Assembly (NCBI GenBank): GCA_964389705.1
Contig: CAYMEO010000001.1
Location: 2,591 to 66,590 of the forward strand
Direction: 5' to 3'
Origin: an uncultured Spirochaetia bacterium
Lineage (GTDB): Bacteria; Desulfobacterota_D; UBA1144; Nemesobacterales; CSP1-2
DNA: 64,000 bases
Shown here: positions 7,538 through 17,386 of the stretch, in pieces
Position numbering within the stretch: position 1 is the first letter of the stretch
How the letters are laid out: each line of letters starts with the position of its first letter
Notes under the pieces: model-generated
Databases searched by the model: none
What the model was told of the DNA's origin: nothing
The model's input: the letters and a program-made list of their open reading frames with translations, nothing else
Program-made: the position numbers and the translations under genes

Positions 7538-8395
7538 TCAATACTTATAGAACCCCCTTCCCGTTTTTCTCCCCAGCCATCCTGCACGAACCATCTGACG
7601 TAGAAGCGGTGCAGCACGGAATTTTGGGTCTTTAAACTCGCGGTATAGGACATCTATTACATCGAGGGTTACATCGAGTCCTATGAGGTCTATGAGTGCA
7701 AGGGGTCCGATTGGCTGGTTCGTTCCGAGCTTCATTGCTTTGTCAATGTCCTCGGGTGTTCCCACCCCTTCTTCAAGGGCAAATACCGCCTCATTGAGCA
7801 TGGGCATGAGAAGACGGTTTACTATAAATCCGGGGACGTCTTTTGTTCTAACCGGGTCCTTTCCAAGGGCCTTGGCGAAGTTATAGGCGAATTCCGCTGT
7901 TTCATCCGATGTTGCAAGGCTCCTTACTACCTCTACGAGCTTCATAATAGGGGCTGGATTAAAAAAGTGCATCCCTACTACTTTATCGGGTCTTTTTGTA
8001 TTTACGGCAATTTCTATAATTGGAAGCGAAGATGTATTTGTAGCAAGTATGACATCCGGGCGTGTAAATGAATCCAATTTTTTAAAGGTCTCCTTTTTTA
8101 CATCCATGTTTTCAAATACGGCCTCTATAACTAAATCAACATCACCTAAATCCTCAAACTTTGTAGTTGTGTGGATTCGGGATAAGATGGAATTTCTGTC
8201 TTCCTCTTTTATTTCTCCCTTTTTTACGAACCTCCCTAGACTATCCCCTATTGTCTTTATTCCACGACTGAGTGCGGAATCAGAAACATCTAAGAGAACA
8301 ACATCCTTGCCATTTGAAGCTATAACCTGAGCGATCCCAGAGCCCATTGTCCCTGCTCCTAGAACACCTACCTTTTTCACATCCTCTACATTCAT
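7538..8395 (-). CDS. 3-hydroxyacyl-CoA / 3-hydroxybutyryl-CoA dehydrogenase (NAD-dependent)
   Basis: 285 aa. N-terminal Rossmann motif VGVLGAGTMGSGIAQV. Family-typical residues across the full length. Confidence 0.85.
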   Translation of the reverse strand: MNVEDVKKVGVLGAGTMGSGIAQVIASNGKDVVLLDVSDSALSRGIKTIGDSLGRFVKKGEIKEEDRNSILSRIHTTTKFEDLGDVDLVIEAVFENMDVKKETFKKLDSFTRPDVILATNTSSLPIIEIAVNTKRPDKVVGMHFFNPAPIMKLVEVVRSLATSDETAEFAYNFAKALGKDPVRTKDVPGFIVNRLLMPMLNEAVFALEEGVGTPEDIDKAMKLGTNQPIGPLALIDLIGLDVTLDVIDVLYREFKDPKFRAAPLLRQMVRAGWLGRKTGRGFYKY

Positions 8396-8477
8396 GATGG
8401 CCTCCTAATTAGAAGTTTGGAACAGTATTATACCTAATGATCAGCCTACCCCTTATTATCATCATTATTATCATCAT

Positions 8478-8510
8478 TTGACAATCTATATAACTTGTGC
8501 TAGCTATTAA
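8478..8510 (+). promoter_or_regulatory. possible sigma70-type promoter upstream of ffh (weak -10)
   Basis: TTGACA at 8478-8483, followed by AT-rich candidate -10 elements (TAGCTA/TATTAA) at 17-21 nt spacing. Lies 40-70 nt upstream of the ffh ATG. Confidence 0.25.
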
Positions 8511-8548
8511 TGTTTATACCATTTTTAGGAGCCTTCTTTTAGACGACT

Positions 8549-9880
8549 ATGTTTGAGGGAATTTCTGAAAAGCTCAATTCAACTTTAAAGAAAATAAGGG
8601 GCTATGGAAAGCTCAGCGAGGGCAACATCCAAGAGGCACTCCGTGAGGTGCGCCTCAGCCTTCTTGAGGCCGACGTGAATTTCAAGGTAGTAAAGGATTT
8701 TATAGATTCCGTCAGGAAGCGTGCCCTAGGGCAGGAAGTAATTGAGAGCCTTAGTCCTGGACAGCAGTTTATAAAAATCGTCTATGAGGAGCTTGTAAGA
8801 ACGCTTGGAGAAAAAAGCTCTGAGCTTGACCTGAGGGCTACCCCTCCGGTGGGCATAATGCTTGCGGGGCTTCAGGGTTCTGGAAAAACCACAACTGCTG
8901 CAAAGCTCGCAAAATACCTCAAGCAGAATAAGAGGAATCCTTATCTTGTTCCTGCAGACGTTTATCGCCCAGCCGCTATAGAACAGCTCCGTGTGCTTGC
9001 TCATCAGGTCGGGGTTGGTGTATACGATACTGAGCCGGGTAAGGACCCGGTTGAGATTTGTAAGGAAGCAATGTCTGCTGCCATCTATGGCGGGTATGAT
9101 GTTGTAATAATGGATACAGCGGGAAGGCTCCATATTGATGAAGAGCTCATGAATGAACTCAGAAGGATAAAGGCCGAGATCAATCCTCATGAGATACTTC
9201 TTGTTGTGGATGCAATGACGGGTCAGGATGCGGTAAATGTCTCGACCAGCTTTAACGATGCCCTCGATATTGATGGCGTGATACTTACGAAGATGGATGG
9301 AGACGCAAGGGGTGGAGCTGCCCTCTCGATTAAGGCAGTAACGGGAAAGCCTATAAAGTTCTTTGGGGTTGGAGAGAAGCTCGATGCCTTAGAAGTGTTT
9401 CACCCTGAGAGGATTGCCTCTCGAATTCTTGGCATGGGCGATGTGCTTACATTTATTGAAAAGGCCCAAACTGCATTTGAAGAGAAGCAGGCTGAGGAGA
9501 TGGCAAAGAAGCTTCTCAAAAAGGAGTTCTCGATTGAAGATTTCAGAGAAGCGATGCTTGCTATGCGTAAGATGGGTTCCCTTGAGAGCATGGTGGAGAT
9601 GATTCCTGGAATGAAGCAGGTTGCTAAGAACCCTAAAGCCCTTGAGGCGGCTGAGAAAGAGATTAAAAAAACGATTGCCATAATTAACTCTATGACAAGG
9701 GAAGAGAGAAAAAATCACACAATACTAAACGGTAGTCGGCGCAGGAGAATCGCAAAGGGAAGCGGCACGAAGGTTGAGGATGTAAACCGTGTGATTAAGA
9801 ACTATGTTCAGATGCGGGATATGATGAAAAACATGGGAAAGATAGGGAAACTCGCAAAGAGAATGATGAGATTTATGTAG
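8549..9880 (+). CDS. ffh: signal recognition particle protein Ffh
   Basis: 443 aa. N-terminal domain, GTPase motifs (GLQGSGKTTT, DTAGR) and a Met-rich M domain. Confidence 0.95.
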   Translation: MFEGISEKLNSTLKKIRGYGKLSEGNIQEALREVRLSLLEADVNFKVVKDFIDSVRKRALGQEVIESLSPGQQFIKIVYEELVRTLGEKSSELDLRATPPVGIMLAGLQGSGKTTTAAKLAKYLKQNKRNPYLVPADVYRPAAIEQLRVLAHQVGVGVYDTEPGKDPVEICKEAMSAAIYGGYDVVIMDTAGRLHIDEELMNELRRIKAEINPHEILLVVDAMTGQDAVNVSTSFNDALDIDGVILTKMDGDARGGAALSIKAVTGKPIKFFGVGEKLDALEVFHPERIASRILGMGDVLTFIEKAQTAFEEKQAEEMAKKLLKKEFSIEDFREAMLAMRKMGSLESMVEMIPGMKQVAKNPKALEAAEKEIKKTIAIINSMTREERKNHTILNGSRRRRIAKGSGTKVEDVNRVIKNYVQMRDMMKNMGKIGKLAKRMMRFM

Positions 9881-9914
9881 TAGGACCCTAAGAATTTTAA
9901 GGAGGAAAAACGTT

Positions 9915-10148
9915 TTGGTCAAGATAAGGCTTACGAGGATGGGGTCAAACAAGCAGCCGTTTTATAGAATCGTAGCTGCCGATTCGCGCGCGCCGCGCGA
10001 TGGAAGGTTTTTGGAGATCTTGGGTTATTATGACCCAAGAAAAGACCCCCAGATAATTAATGTAAAAATCGAAAGAATAAAGGAATGGATTGGACGCGGC
10101 GCAAAGCCTACAGGAAGGGTAGAGAAACTTATCTCAAAACTAATGTAG
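9915..10148 (+). CDS. rpsP: 30S ribosomal protein S16
   Basis: MVKIRLTRMGSNKQPFYRIVAADSRAPRDGRFLEILGYYDP. AAGGAGG RBS upstream. Confidence 0.95.
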   Translation: MVKIRLTRMGSNKQPFYRIVAADSRAPRDGRFLEILGYYDPRKDPQIINVKIERIKEWIGRGAKPTGRVEKLISKLM

Positions 10149-10212
10149 GATTTCAATTGTGACAAGTCAGATCAGTGAAACTTGAGGGATAAAAACCAGG
10201 AGGTAAAGGGAT

Positions 10213-10452
10213 ATGGAGAAACTAAAGGAGCTTGTAAGCTACATTGCGAAATCGCTTGTGGATAGCCCGGAGAAGGTGGAGGTGCGCGAAGTTGCCGGTG
10301 AACAGACATCGGTGCTTGAACTAAAGGTCTCTCCCGAGGATTTGGGAAAAATCATTGGAAAGCAGGGAAAAACCGCTAAGGCCATAAGAACGATACTGAG
10401 CGCCGCCGCCGCCAAGATGAGAAAGCGGGCGGTACTTGAGATTCTTGAATAG
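10213..10452 (+). CDS. KH-domain RNA-binding protein (YlqC/UPF0109 family)
   Basis: 79 aa. Contains [18 protein letters not shown] (KH GXXG motif). Conserved position between rpsP and rimM. Confidence 0.85.
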   Translation: MEKLKELVSYIAKSLVDSPEKVEVREVAGEQTSVLELKVSPEDLGKIIGKQGKTAKAIRTILSAAAAKMRKRAVLEILE

Positions 10453-10470
10453 GGAATTTCTCACTGAGAA

Positions 10471-10980
10471 ATGAGCCTTATCCCTTTTGGAAGAATTTCA
10501 AAAGTGCATGGGCTTTCAGGGGATCTGAGAGTCCATCCATTTAGTCGTCAATTAGGGAACCTTTCAAGACTGGAGAGGATTTTTATACAAAAATACGGTG
10601 AAGAAAAACCTCGAGAGTTTAAGATAATTCGAAGGAGACTCGAAAGGGAATCGGCTATAATAGGGCTCGAAGGAATTGAATCAGTAGATGACGCCGAGAA
10701 ACTTCAAGGGTGCTCAGTTATGGTTGATACCTCTGATCTTGCACAAACAGAAGAAGATGAGTACTATTGGTTTCAGCTCATAGGGCTTGTAGTCTATACA
10801 ACCGATGGGGAATACTTAGGGCATGTAGAGAATTTAATTGATAGAACACCGCAAAGCCTCCTTGTAGTTAAAGAGGGTAAGAAGGAATTCTTAATTCCAA
10901 TGATTGATGCTGTGGTAAAAGAGATAAACCTCAAAGATTCGCGAGTAGTTATTTCTCCCTTGGACGGACTTCTTGATTAA
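10471..10980 (+). CDS. rimM: 16S rRNA processing protein RimM
   Basis: 169 aa. GRISKVHGLSGDLRVHPFS N-terminal RimM motif. PRC barrel C-terminal region. Confidence 0.9.
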   Translation: MSLIPFGRISKVHGLSGDLRVHPFSRQLGNLSRLERIFIQKYGEEKPREFKIIRRRLERESAIIGLEGIESVDDAEKLQGCSVMVDTSDLAQTEEDEYYWFQLIGLVVYTTDGEYLGHVENLIDRTPQSLLVVKEGKKEFLIPMIDAVVKEINLKDSRVVISPLDGLLD

Positions 10981-11078
10981 AGACCGTTAACCACGATTTT
11001 ACAGAAAAAATTTTAAATAAACTCTCTTTAGCTAAAATCTTCAATATCCTCTACGGCTAAGGACGAATTTGGAAAATC

Positions 11079-12371
11079 ATGAGGTATGATATTCTTACCA
11101 TTTTCCCTAGGTTTTTTGAATCCCAATTTTCATTTGGGATTCTGAAAAAGGCTCAAGAAAAGGGTCTAATAAAGATAAGCATACATGATATAAGGGATTT
11201 TGCTTCAGATAAACACAACACGGTAGACGATAAGCCTTATGGTGGTGGAGGCGGTATGGTGTTTAAACCCGGACCGATTGGGGATGCAATAGAATTTGCA
11301 AAAGCCGACGGCACGCGATCACTTGTTATACTTACTACCCCTCAGGGAGAGCGGTTCTCAGATAAGATCGCAAGAGAACTTACCGAATATGAGCAGCTCA
11401 TAATAATCTGTGGAAGATATGAGGGAATAGACGAAAGAATTAGAGAGATCTATGTGGATAGAGAGATCTCAATTGGTGATTATGTGCTCTCAGGTGGAGA
11501 GTATGCTGCTTCTGTTATAGTTGATGCCGTCTCGAGGCTTATCCCCGGGGTTCTCGGCAATGAGAAGTCGCCATACGATGACTCATTTAGAGAAGGGCTC
11601 CTTGAATATCCACAGTACACAAGACCAGAGATTTATAAGGGAAAGGCGGTTCCCGAAATTCTACTTTCAGGAAACCATGGGGAGATTGAAAAATGGAGAA
11701 GAGAAGAAAGTATTAAAAGGACCTTTTTCAGAAGGCCCGATTTGCTTGATAGAACCAGGCTCACAGTCGCAGAGTTGAAATTAATAAATCTGCTCAAAAG
11801 GGAAAATCCGCCATCTTTTAGGGTGTATGTTGCATTGATCCATTATCCCGTTTACAATAAAGACCTCCGAATCGTTACTACCGCCTTTACGAATCTGGAT
11901 GTTCACGATATATCGAGGGTGTGTAGAACTTATGGGGTAAAGGGGTTTTTTCTTGTGCACCCCATTGAAGAACAGAGGGCACTTGTAGAGAGGGTGATTC
12001 GGCATTGGACGGAGGGACCAGGGGTTTTGTATAATCCAACGAGGAACGAAGCCCTTGGCCTTGTTCGGATAAAAACCTCTCTATATGAGGTCTTAGAGGA
12101 GATCGAAAAAACAGAGGGTTCAATACCCAAGATAGTTGTAACTGACGCAAGGCCTAGAGAGAATTTAACGGGCTACTCAGAACTCAGGGAGAATATTCAC
12201 TCAGGGAGGGAGCCTTATCTAATTCTTTTTGGCACAGGCTGGGGGATTGCCAAAGAGGTTATGGAAAAAGCTGATTACGCTCTCAAGCCAATTGAAGGAA
12301 ATACAAATTACAACCATCTCTCTGTAAGAAGTGCCGCGGCGATTATACTCGATAGGCTACTTGCGGTCTAA
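11079..12371 (+). CDS. trmD: tRNA (guanine37-N1)-methyltransferase TrmD fused to a second C-terminal SPOUT-like putative RNA methyltransferase domain
   Basis: 430 aa versus about 250 aa for a normal TrmD. Residues 1 to about 245 are TrmD (MRYDILTIFP..., GGGGGMVFKPGP, LLSGNHGEIEKWR). Residues about 250-430 (VALIHYPVYNKDLRIVTTAFTNLDVHDISRVCRTYGVKGFFLVHP ... LILFGTGWGIA ... YNHLSVRSAAAIILDRL) resemble the DUF2168/PF09936-type SAM-dependent RNA methyltransferase fold. Confidence 0.85.
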   Translation: MRYDILTIFPRFFESQFSFGILKKAQEKGLIKISIHDIRDFASDKHNTVDDKPYGGGGGMVFKPGPIGDAIEFAKADGTRSLVILTTPQGERFSDKIARELTEYEQLIIICGRYEGIDERIREIYVDREISIGDYVLSGGEYAASVIVDAVSRLIPGVLGNEKSPYDDSFREGLLEYPQYTRPEIYKGKAVPEILLSGNHGEIEKWRREESIKRTFFRRPDLLDRTRLTVAELKLINLLKRENPPSFRVYVALIHYPVYNKDLRIVTTAFTNLDVHDISRVCRTYGVKGFFLVHPIEEQRALVERVIRHWTEGPGVLYNPTRNEALGLVRIKTSLYEVLEEIEKTEGSIPKIVVTDARPRENLTGYSELRENIHSGREPYLILFGTGWGIAKEVMEKADYALKPIEGNTNYNHLSVRSAAAIILDRLLAV

Positions 12372-12527
12372 ATGATGAAAAAGGAAAATTTTAACCATGG
12401 ATGGACACCAATATATGCAAACAGAAGAAAATGGAACACGGAATACGGCTAAGAAATACTGCTGCATTCTGTATTCCACACTTATTTCATTCGTGTCAAT
12501 TCGTGGTAGTAAAGAAGGAGAGGTAAG

Positions 12528-12908
12528 ATGAACGTTATAGATGAGATTGAAAAAGCCGCTCAAAGAACGGATTTGCCGCAATTTCGCCCAGGCGATACCG
12601 TTACTGTGCACTATACAATCAAGGAAGGGGACAGAGAAAGAGTTCAGCTATTTGAAGGTGTTGTAATTGCCCAAAAAGGCGGAGGCCTAAGGGAGACTTT
12701 CATCGTGAGAAAGGTCTCTTATGGGATTGGAGTAGAGAGGATTTTCCCACTTCACTCGCCGCTTATAAAGAGGATAGATGTTAAGAGAAAAGGAAGGGTA
12801 AGAAGAGCAAAGCTCTACTACCTTAGAGGGCTCTCAAGAAAGGCAAGCAGGATAAAGGAGAGAACGGCGTTCGATAAGGAATCAAGTGAGAACAGTAAGT
12901 CTGAATAG
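12528..12908 (+). CDS. rplS: 50S ribosomal protein L19
   Basis: 126 aa. [48 protein letters not shown]. Strong RBS AAGGAGAGG. Confidence 0.95.
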   Translation: MNVIDEIEKAAQRTDLPQFRPGDTVTVHYTIKEGDRERVQLFEGVVIAQKGGGLRETFIVRKVSYGIGVERIFPLHSPLIKRIDVKRKGRVRRAKLYYLRGLSRKASRIKERTAFDKESSENSKSE

Positions 12909-12947
12909 TTGCAAAATATTAAAGCGAAGATACCGCAGCTTATAGAG

Positions 12948-12973
12948 CAAACCCTACCCCTGGTTGGTTTGCT
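12948..12973 (+). terminator. possible terminator hairpin downstream of rplS (no clear U-tract)
   Basis: AGCAAACC-ctacccctggtt-GGTTTGCT: 8 bp perfect stem, 12 nt loop, 40 nt after the rplS stop. Weak T-tail. Confidence 0.25.
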
Positions 12974-13070
12974 AAGGAGTGTTTACTCTTATACTTCACA
13001 AAGGATTATTCATTATTTTTGTGTTTCGACATTGAATTGTTATAAGTGCCAAATGTCTAAAGGCCGACAA

Positions 13071-13817
13071 TCAACTATCTAGCGGAGTTTTATCACCGCT
13101 TTCTTCGATTTTTCTGCTCTCCCTTTCTTTCAATTTTTTTGTTACATAGATCATCCTCTCAATGGCTGTATGAGCGGAAAAAACTAATATTATGGCCAGA
13201 GCGAGTTTAAGCAGGTAATCTCCCGGTCTAAGCCCAAGCGCCGATGTTATGAAGTTGCCAAATAAGTTAAATACGGAAAAGGCGCCTAGATATACTATTC
13301 TCTCTGTTCTCTGCATCATCCCCACTTCGCAATCAATCCCCAAACTCTCTGCCCTTGCTCTTGTGTAGCTTACCATAGTTGTTGCACCGAGAATTAGGAA
13401 GACGACATACGAAAACAGGGTCCCATGAAAATAGCTGAGCAGCCCTAAGTAAATGAGTATTTCGGCAAATCTATCTAAGCAGGAGTCAAAAAACGCCCCG
13501 TATTCACTGCTCAGTCCCTGCGCTCTTGCAACGCGGCCATCGAGCATATCAAAGTTTGAGCCGGCGAGGAGAACTATTCCGGCAATAAAAATCCACCCCA
13601 GATGGAATAGGAGCCCCGCTATAGCAGAAACTATCACAGACGTAAACGTAAGGACATTAGGATGTACCTTTTTCTCAATTAGGTAGTCTTCAATAGGGCG
13701 CATTATGAGTATCCACCAGGTCTTAATCTCACGCCCTAGAAGTTTTGATGTGGATGGTCCCTTTCTGCCCTTAGCCCTATCTAATACCTCATCAGGGGTA
13801 GACATTGCTAACTCCAT
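13071..13817 (-). CDS. CDP-alcohol phosphatidyltransferase family protein (PssA/PgsA-like)
   Basis: 248 aa, multi-TM. Signature D-G-(2)-A-R-(8)-G-(3)-G-(3)-D-(3)-D: DGRVARAQGLSSEYGAFFDSCLDRFAE. Confidence 0.8.
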   Translation of the reverse strand: MELAMSTPDEVLDRAKGRKGPSTSKLLGREIKTWWILIMRPIEDYLIEKKVHPNVLTFTSVIVSAIAGLLFHLGWIFIAGIVLLAGSNFDMLDGRVARAQGLSSEYGAFFDSCLDRFAEILIYLGLLSYFHGTLFSYVVFLILGATTMVSYTRARAESLGIDCEVGMMQRTERIVYLGAFSVFNLFGNFITSALGLRPGDYLLKLALAIILVFSAHTAIERMIYVTKKLKERESRKIEESGDKTPLDS

Positions 13818-13907
13818 TTCGGATTTTTTGCCTATTAGTTAGTATAATTGAATTTTGGCTCTAAAAACAGGAGAATTAAATCGGCTTTCTTTTATAGTTT
13901 GGGTCTA

Positions 13908-15122
13908 TCAATTATTCACTGTAATGAAGGCTGATTCTATAGATGGTTCCAGGTTCTTTAATTTATCCCTGTAGGTTTTGGCATCTTTTATAGTTTTAAA
14001 CTTTCCTATCCTTACTCTGTACCAGGTGCCTTTTCCGGGAATCTGCGCCGTTGTCACAAAGGCCGGGTATCCCTTGGATGTTAAGTCTTCTGTGGTTTCT
14101 TTTGCTTCCTCTTCTGTTTTAAAAGATCCTATTTGAATAGTGTATCTTCCGCTGGATTGAGTTGGAGGTATTGTCACAGTTTTGTTTTCAATACCCGTTT
14201 TTATCAGTTTTTCGGTAAACGGCGTAGGGGATGGAATTGGGTTTTTACCCCCCTCGGTTATTTTCAGTCTTCGTTTCTTTTCCATACCCTCTATTGGCAA
14301 GGTTTGCCTAGTCGTTCCGGCTTCAGCCCTTTTTATTGGCTCAGTGACGTGAGAGGAGGTTGAGATTTGCTCTTCAGTTTTTAATTTTATCGGCTCAGGT
14401 GTAGAAAGAGGAGAGGCTTCTCCTTGATCGATTTTTACCACGCGAAGGTTGTTAAAACCTCTCTTCATTATCAGGTTTCCCTCTTTGAGTTCTATCTCTG
14501 TAGATCCAACGATTTCTTTTGGACTTTCAATGACGAGCTTTCTTGGCGACTCAGCAATAAGCCTGGTCTCTCGGCCACCGATCTTAACTGCTGTAGTGTT
14601 GAAGTTTCCATCAAACAGTCCCCCAATCCAAATCGGTTTTCCTGCTTGTCCAATCCCAGGAAATTGGTAATTCCCAGGAGAAGGAGTTGCTGTTCTCTCA
14701 GCGGCAGGTGCAATCTCGAATGGAATTTGGGCTCTGGCTATCTCCTCCCCATTTTTATCTCTGAGAACGAGATATATCGGCTCTCGGCTTAAGGTGACAG
14801 GAACAGTCCATTTGATAACTCCTTCAGCCACAGATGTCCTCTCTTTTCCTATTTCAATGAGGTATCCGTTTAACTCATCTGCATTCTTGTGTCGCTCTTC
14901 TTCGATCTTGCCCCTTGGCTCTGTAGTTATTGTGCCTGAGATGGTATCGCCTACAGTTATATCATCGGGCAGGTTTACTGTAACCTTGCCTTGAATGACA
15001 TCGAAGACAATGACATAGAGTCCCAAGTCTGTTTCAAAGCTGGATGAAACCTTGCCTTCCGCAAAGGCAGCTACAGTAAAGGAGAAAATCAAGATCAGTA
15101 TAAATGGCGCCGGTTTTCTCAA
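13908..15122 (-). CDS. secreted SPOR-domain protein (peptidoglycan-binding, sporulation-related repeat)
   Basis: 404 aa. N-terminal signal peptide MRKPAPFILILIFSFTVAAFA. C-terminal SPOR domain YTIQIGSFKTEEEAKETTEDLTSKGYPAFVTT...GTWYRVRIGKFKTIKDAKTYRDKL. Confidence 0.8.
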   Translation of the reverse strand: MRKPAPFILILIFSFTVAAFAEGKVSSSFETDLGLYVIVFDVIQGKVTVNLPDDITVGDTISGTITTEPRGKIEEERHKNADELNGYLIEIGKERTSVAEGVIKWTVPVTLSREPIYLVLRDKNGEEIARAQIPFEIAPAAERTATPSPGNYQFPGIGQAGKPIWIGGLFDGNFNTTAVKIGGRETRLIAESPRKLVIESPKEIVGSTEIELKEGNLIMKRGFNNLRVVKIDQGEASPLSTPEPIKLKTEEQISTSSHVTEPIKRAEAGTTRQTLPIEGMEKKRRLKITEGGKNPIPSPTPFTEKLIKTGIENKTVTIPPTQSSGRYTIQIGSFKTEEEAKETTEDLTSKGYPAFVTTAQIPGKGTWYRVRIGKFKTIKDAKTYRDKLKNLEPSIESAFITVNN

Positions 15123-15703
15123 TCGTTCACCTTAATGAGCACCGATTTTATATCAGGATCCTTTTTTAAATTGTCTCCGTAGAGTTCGGCTTCCTCTCTA
15201 GTTTTAAACTTCCCTACTCTTATTCTATACCAGGTTCCCTTTCCTGGGATCTCGACAGATTTTATAAATGCAGGGTACCCCTTAGATATAAGGCTCTTTA
15301 CGATTTTTTTTGCCTCTTCTTCTCTTTGAAATGCCCCTATCTGAACCGTATACCTCCCATCTGTTTCGCCCCGAAAAACCGCTATATCCTTTTTGGTAAT
15401 TCCCATAGTCTCTATTTTTATGTCCTTGGGTGCGGGCGTTGAGGATAATTTTTCTTCTTCGAAGGGGGTCGGTATCTGCTCAGATATTGATTTTCTTTCG
15501 GCTGTTTCCTCAGGTGTTTTTCCTGTCTCTTTAAAATCGGTTAAATTTTTCGTGGGCTCCCCTTTTTTGTTTATCCAAGATTGCGCTCCCCCAAGTCCCT
15601 TTCCTACAACTACACCCAGGCTAAATGCAAGGACAAATAGGATTAAAAACCCAATGAATATATGTACAACCTGACGATTACTCGAATTATTTCTATCACT
15701 CAT
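15119..15703 (-). CDS. membrane-anchored SPOR-domain protein
   Basis: 194 aa. One N-terminal TM helix. C-terminal SPOR domain YTVQIGAFQREEEAKKIVKSLISKGYPAFIKS...GTWYRIRVGKFKTREEAE. 4-nt overlap with the downstream SPOR gene. Confidence 0.8.
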   Translation of the reverse strand: MSDRNNSSNRQVVHIFIGFLILFVLAFSLGVVVGKGLGGAQSWINKKGEPTKNLTDFKETGKTPEETAERKSISEQIPTPFEEEKLSSTPAPKDIKIETMGITKKDIAVFRGETDGRYTVQIGAFQREEEAKKIVKSLISKGYPAFIKSVEIPGKGTWYRIRVGKFKTREEAELYGDNLKKDPDIKSVLIKVND

Positions 15704-15706
15704 CCG

Positions 15707-17386
15707 TTACATTCTCTGGGGTACAGAGACTCCGAGTAACTTGAGTCCATTTCTTATAACCGTCCTGATACAGTCAATAAAGTAAAGTCGGGCACCACTG
15801 AGGTTCCGATCATCACTGAGGATTCTATTTTTATTATAGTAGATATGAAAATCCGAAGCAATCTCTTGCAGGTAAAACGCCACTCTATGGGGTGAGAGTG
15901 ATGAGGCGCTTTCCATTATCACTTCGGGGAAAAGCAGGAGTTTTTTTATAATCTCAATCTCCTCAGGGAGACTCAAAAGGCTTAAGGATTCCTTTGAGGG
16001 AAGAATTCCTCTTTCCCTGGCTTTTTCAAATATACTTCCAATCCTTGCGTGTGCATACTGGATGTAATAGACAGGGTTTTCGCTCGATTCCCGTTTTGCC
16101 AAATCCAGATCGAAGTCTAAATGGGCATCTGAACTCCGCATAAGGAGAAAAAACCTCATCACATCGCGCCCAACCTCTTCCATGACCTCACGCATTGTGA
16201 TGTAACTTCCAGCGCGCTTTGACATAGAGACTTCGCGTCCCTCTCTTATGAGTCTTACAAACTGGATTAGAACTACATCGAGTTGGGAGTCATCGAGCCC
16301 AAGTGCTCTAAGGGCGGCCTTAAGACGCGCAATGTGTCCGTGGTGGTCTGCTCCCCACACGTTTATGAGTCTTTTAAATCCCCTATAGAATTTGTCGTAG
16401 TGATATGTGATGTCTGAGAGGAAATACGTTGGGCTTCCGTCCTTTTTTACGAGCACCCAATCCTGAGAATCCCCAAATCGGGAGGCCTGAAACCAGAGTG
16501 CATCGTCTTTTTCCTCAATGGCATCCCGCTTTCTAAGTTCATTTTTTATACAATCGATTTTATTTTTATAGCCGAGCTCTGGAATAGGTCTATATAGTTC
16601 TTCCAGTTCGCTGTACCAGCTATCGAATGTCACGCCAAAGTCGGTTAAATCCCTCTTTATTTCATCAAGTAGTCTCCTCCTAGCATATTCCCTGCAATAA
16701 GATACAGCCTCTTCCTCTCGGGCTTCTTTAAGGAGCCCCATTCCTATTTTATCTTTGATCTCTTCGGCAATCTCTTTTATGTATTCCCCATAATACCCGT
16801 CTTCGGGCATATCTTTCTTAATTCCAAAGAGCTCTTCGTATTTTCTATAAACGGAAAGCCCGAGAAGCTCCATTTGTCTCCCCGCATCATTTATATAAAA
16901 TTCCCTTGTAACATCAAAGCCCGTGGCCTTTAGAATTTCTGAAATTGCATCTCCTACAGCGGCGTTTCTTGCATGACCGATGTGTAGGTATCCCGTCGGG
17001 TTTGCACTTACGAATTCAACGATTACCCTCTGTCCGTTTCCTATATTAGAATTTCCGAAATTCTCTCCAAGCCTTTCTATTTCTGTGATTTTAGTTGCAA
17101 TTGCCTCCTCTTTTATGAAAAAATTTATAAAACCGGGGCCCGCGATCTCTATCTTTTTAAACAGATTCCTTCTCTCTTTAGGTATATTTTCGATAATTAG
17201 TTCTGCAACTTCACGCGGGCTTTTCTTTATCTCACTCCCAAGGACGAGGGCAATGTTCGTTGAGAAATCTCCAAATTCCCTTTTTTTTGGAACTGTGATT
17301 GAAATTTCTACAGGAGCAGATACAAAACCCATTCTTTCTATAGCCTCTATGGACTCAGAAACTGCCTTTTGAATTTCCTCTTTCAT
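15707..17386 (-). CDS. argS: arginyl-tRNA synthetase
   Basis: 559 aa. HIGH motif (SANPTGYLHIGHARNAAVGD). Anticodon-binding C-terminal domain. Confidence 0.95.
   Translation of the reverse strand: MKEEIQKAVSESIEAIERMGFVSAPVEISITVPKKREFGDFSTNIALVLGSEIKKSPREVAELIIENIPKERRNLFKKIEIAGPGFINFFIKEEAIATKITEIERLGENFGNSNIGNGQRVIVEFVSANPTGYLHIGHARNAAVGDAISEILKATGFDVTREFYINDAGRQMELLGLSVYRKYEELFGIKKDMPEDGYYGEYIKEIAEEIKDKIGMGLLKEAREEEAVSYCREYARRRLLDEIKRDLTDFGVTFDSWYSELEELYRPIPELGYKNKIDCIKNELRKRDAIEEKDDALWFQASRFGDSQDWVLVKKDGSPTYFLSDITYHYDKFYRGFKRLINVWGADHHGHIARLKAALRALGLDDSQLDVVLIQFVRLIREGREVSMSKRAGSYITMREVMEEVGRDVMRFFLLMRSSDAHLDFDLDLAKRESSENPVYYIQYAHARIGSIFEKARERGILPSKESLSLLSLPEEIEIIKKLLLFPEVIMESASSLSPHRVAFYLQEIASDFHIYYNKNRILSDDRNLSGARLYFIDCIRTVIRNGLKLLGVSVPQRM

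Noticed and set aside
9389-9718. Minus-strand ORFs 9389-9718 and 9400-9681 and the plus-strand 9414-9602
   Set aside because: All lie inside the ffh M-domain coding region. They are artefacts of the repetitive Met/Lys/Arg-rich sequence.
12357-12611. 84 aa minus-strand ORF overlapping the rplS start
   Set aside because: Overlaps the strongly supported rplS gene and its RBS, and has no motif.
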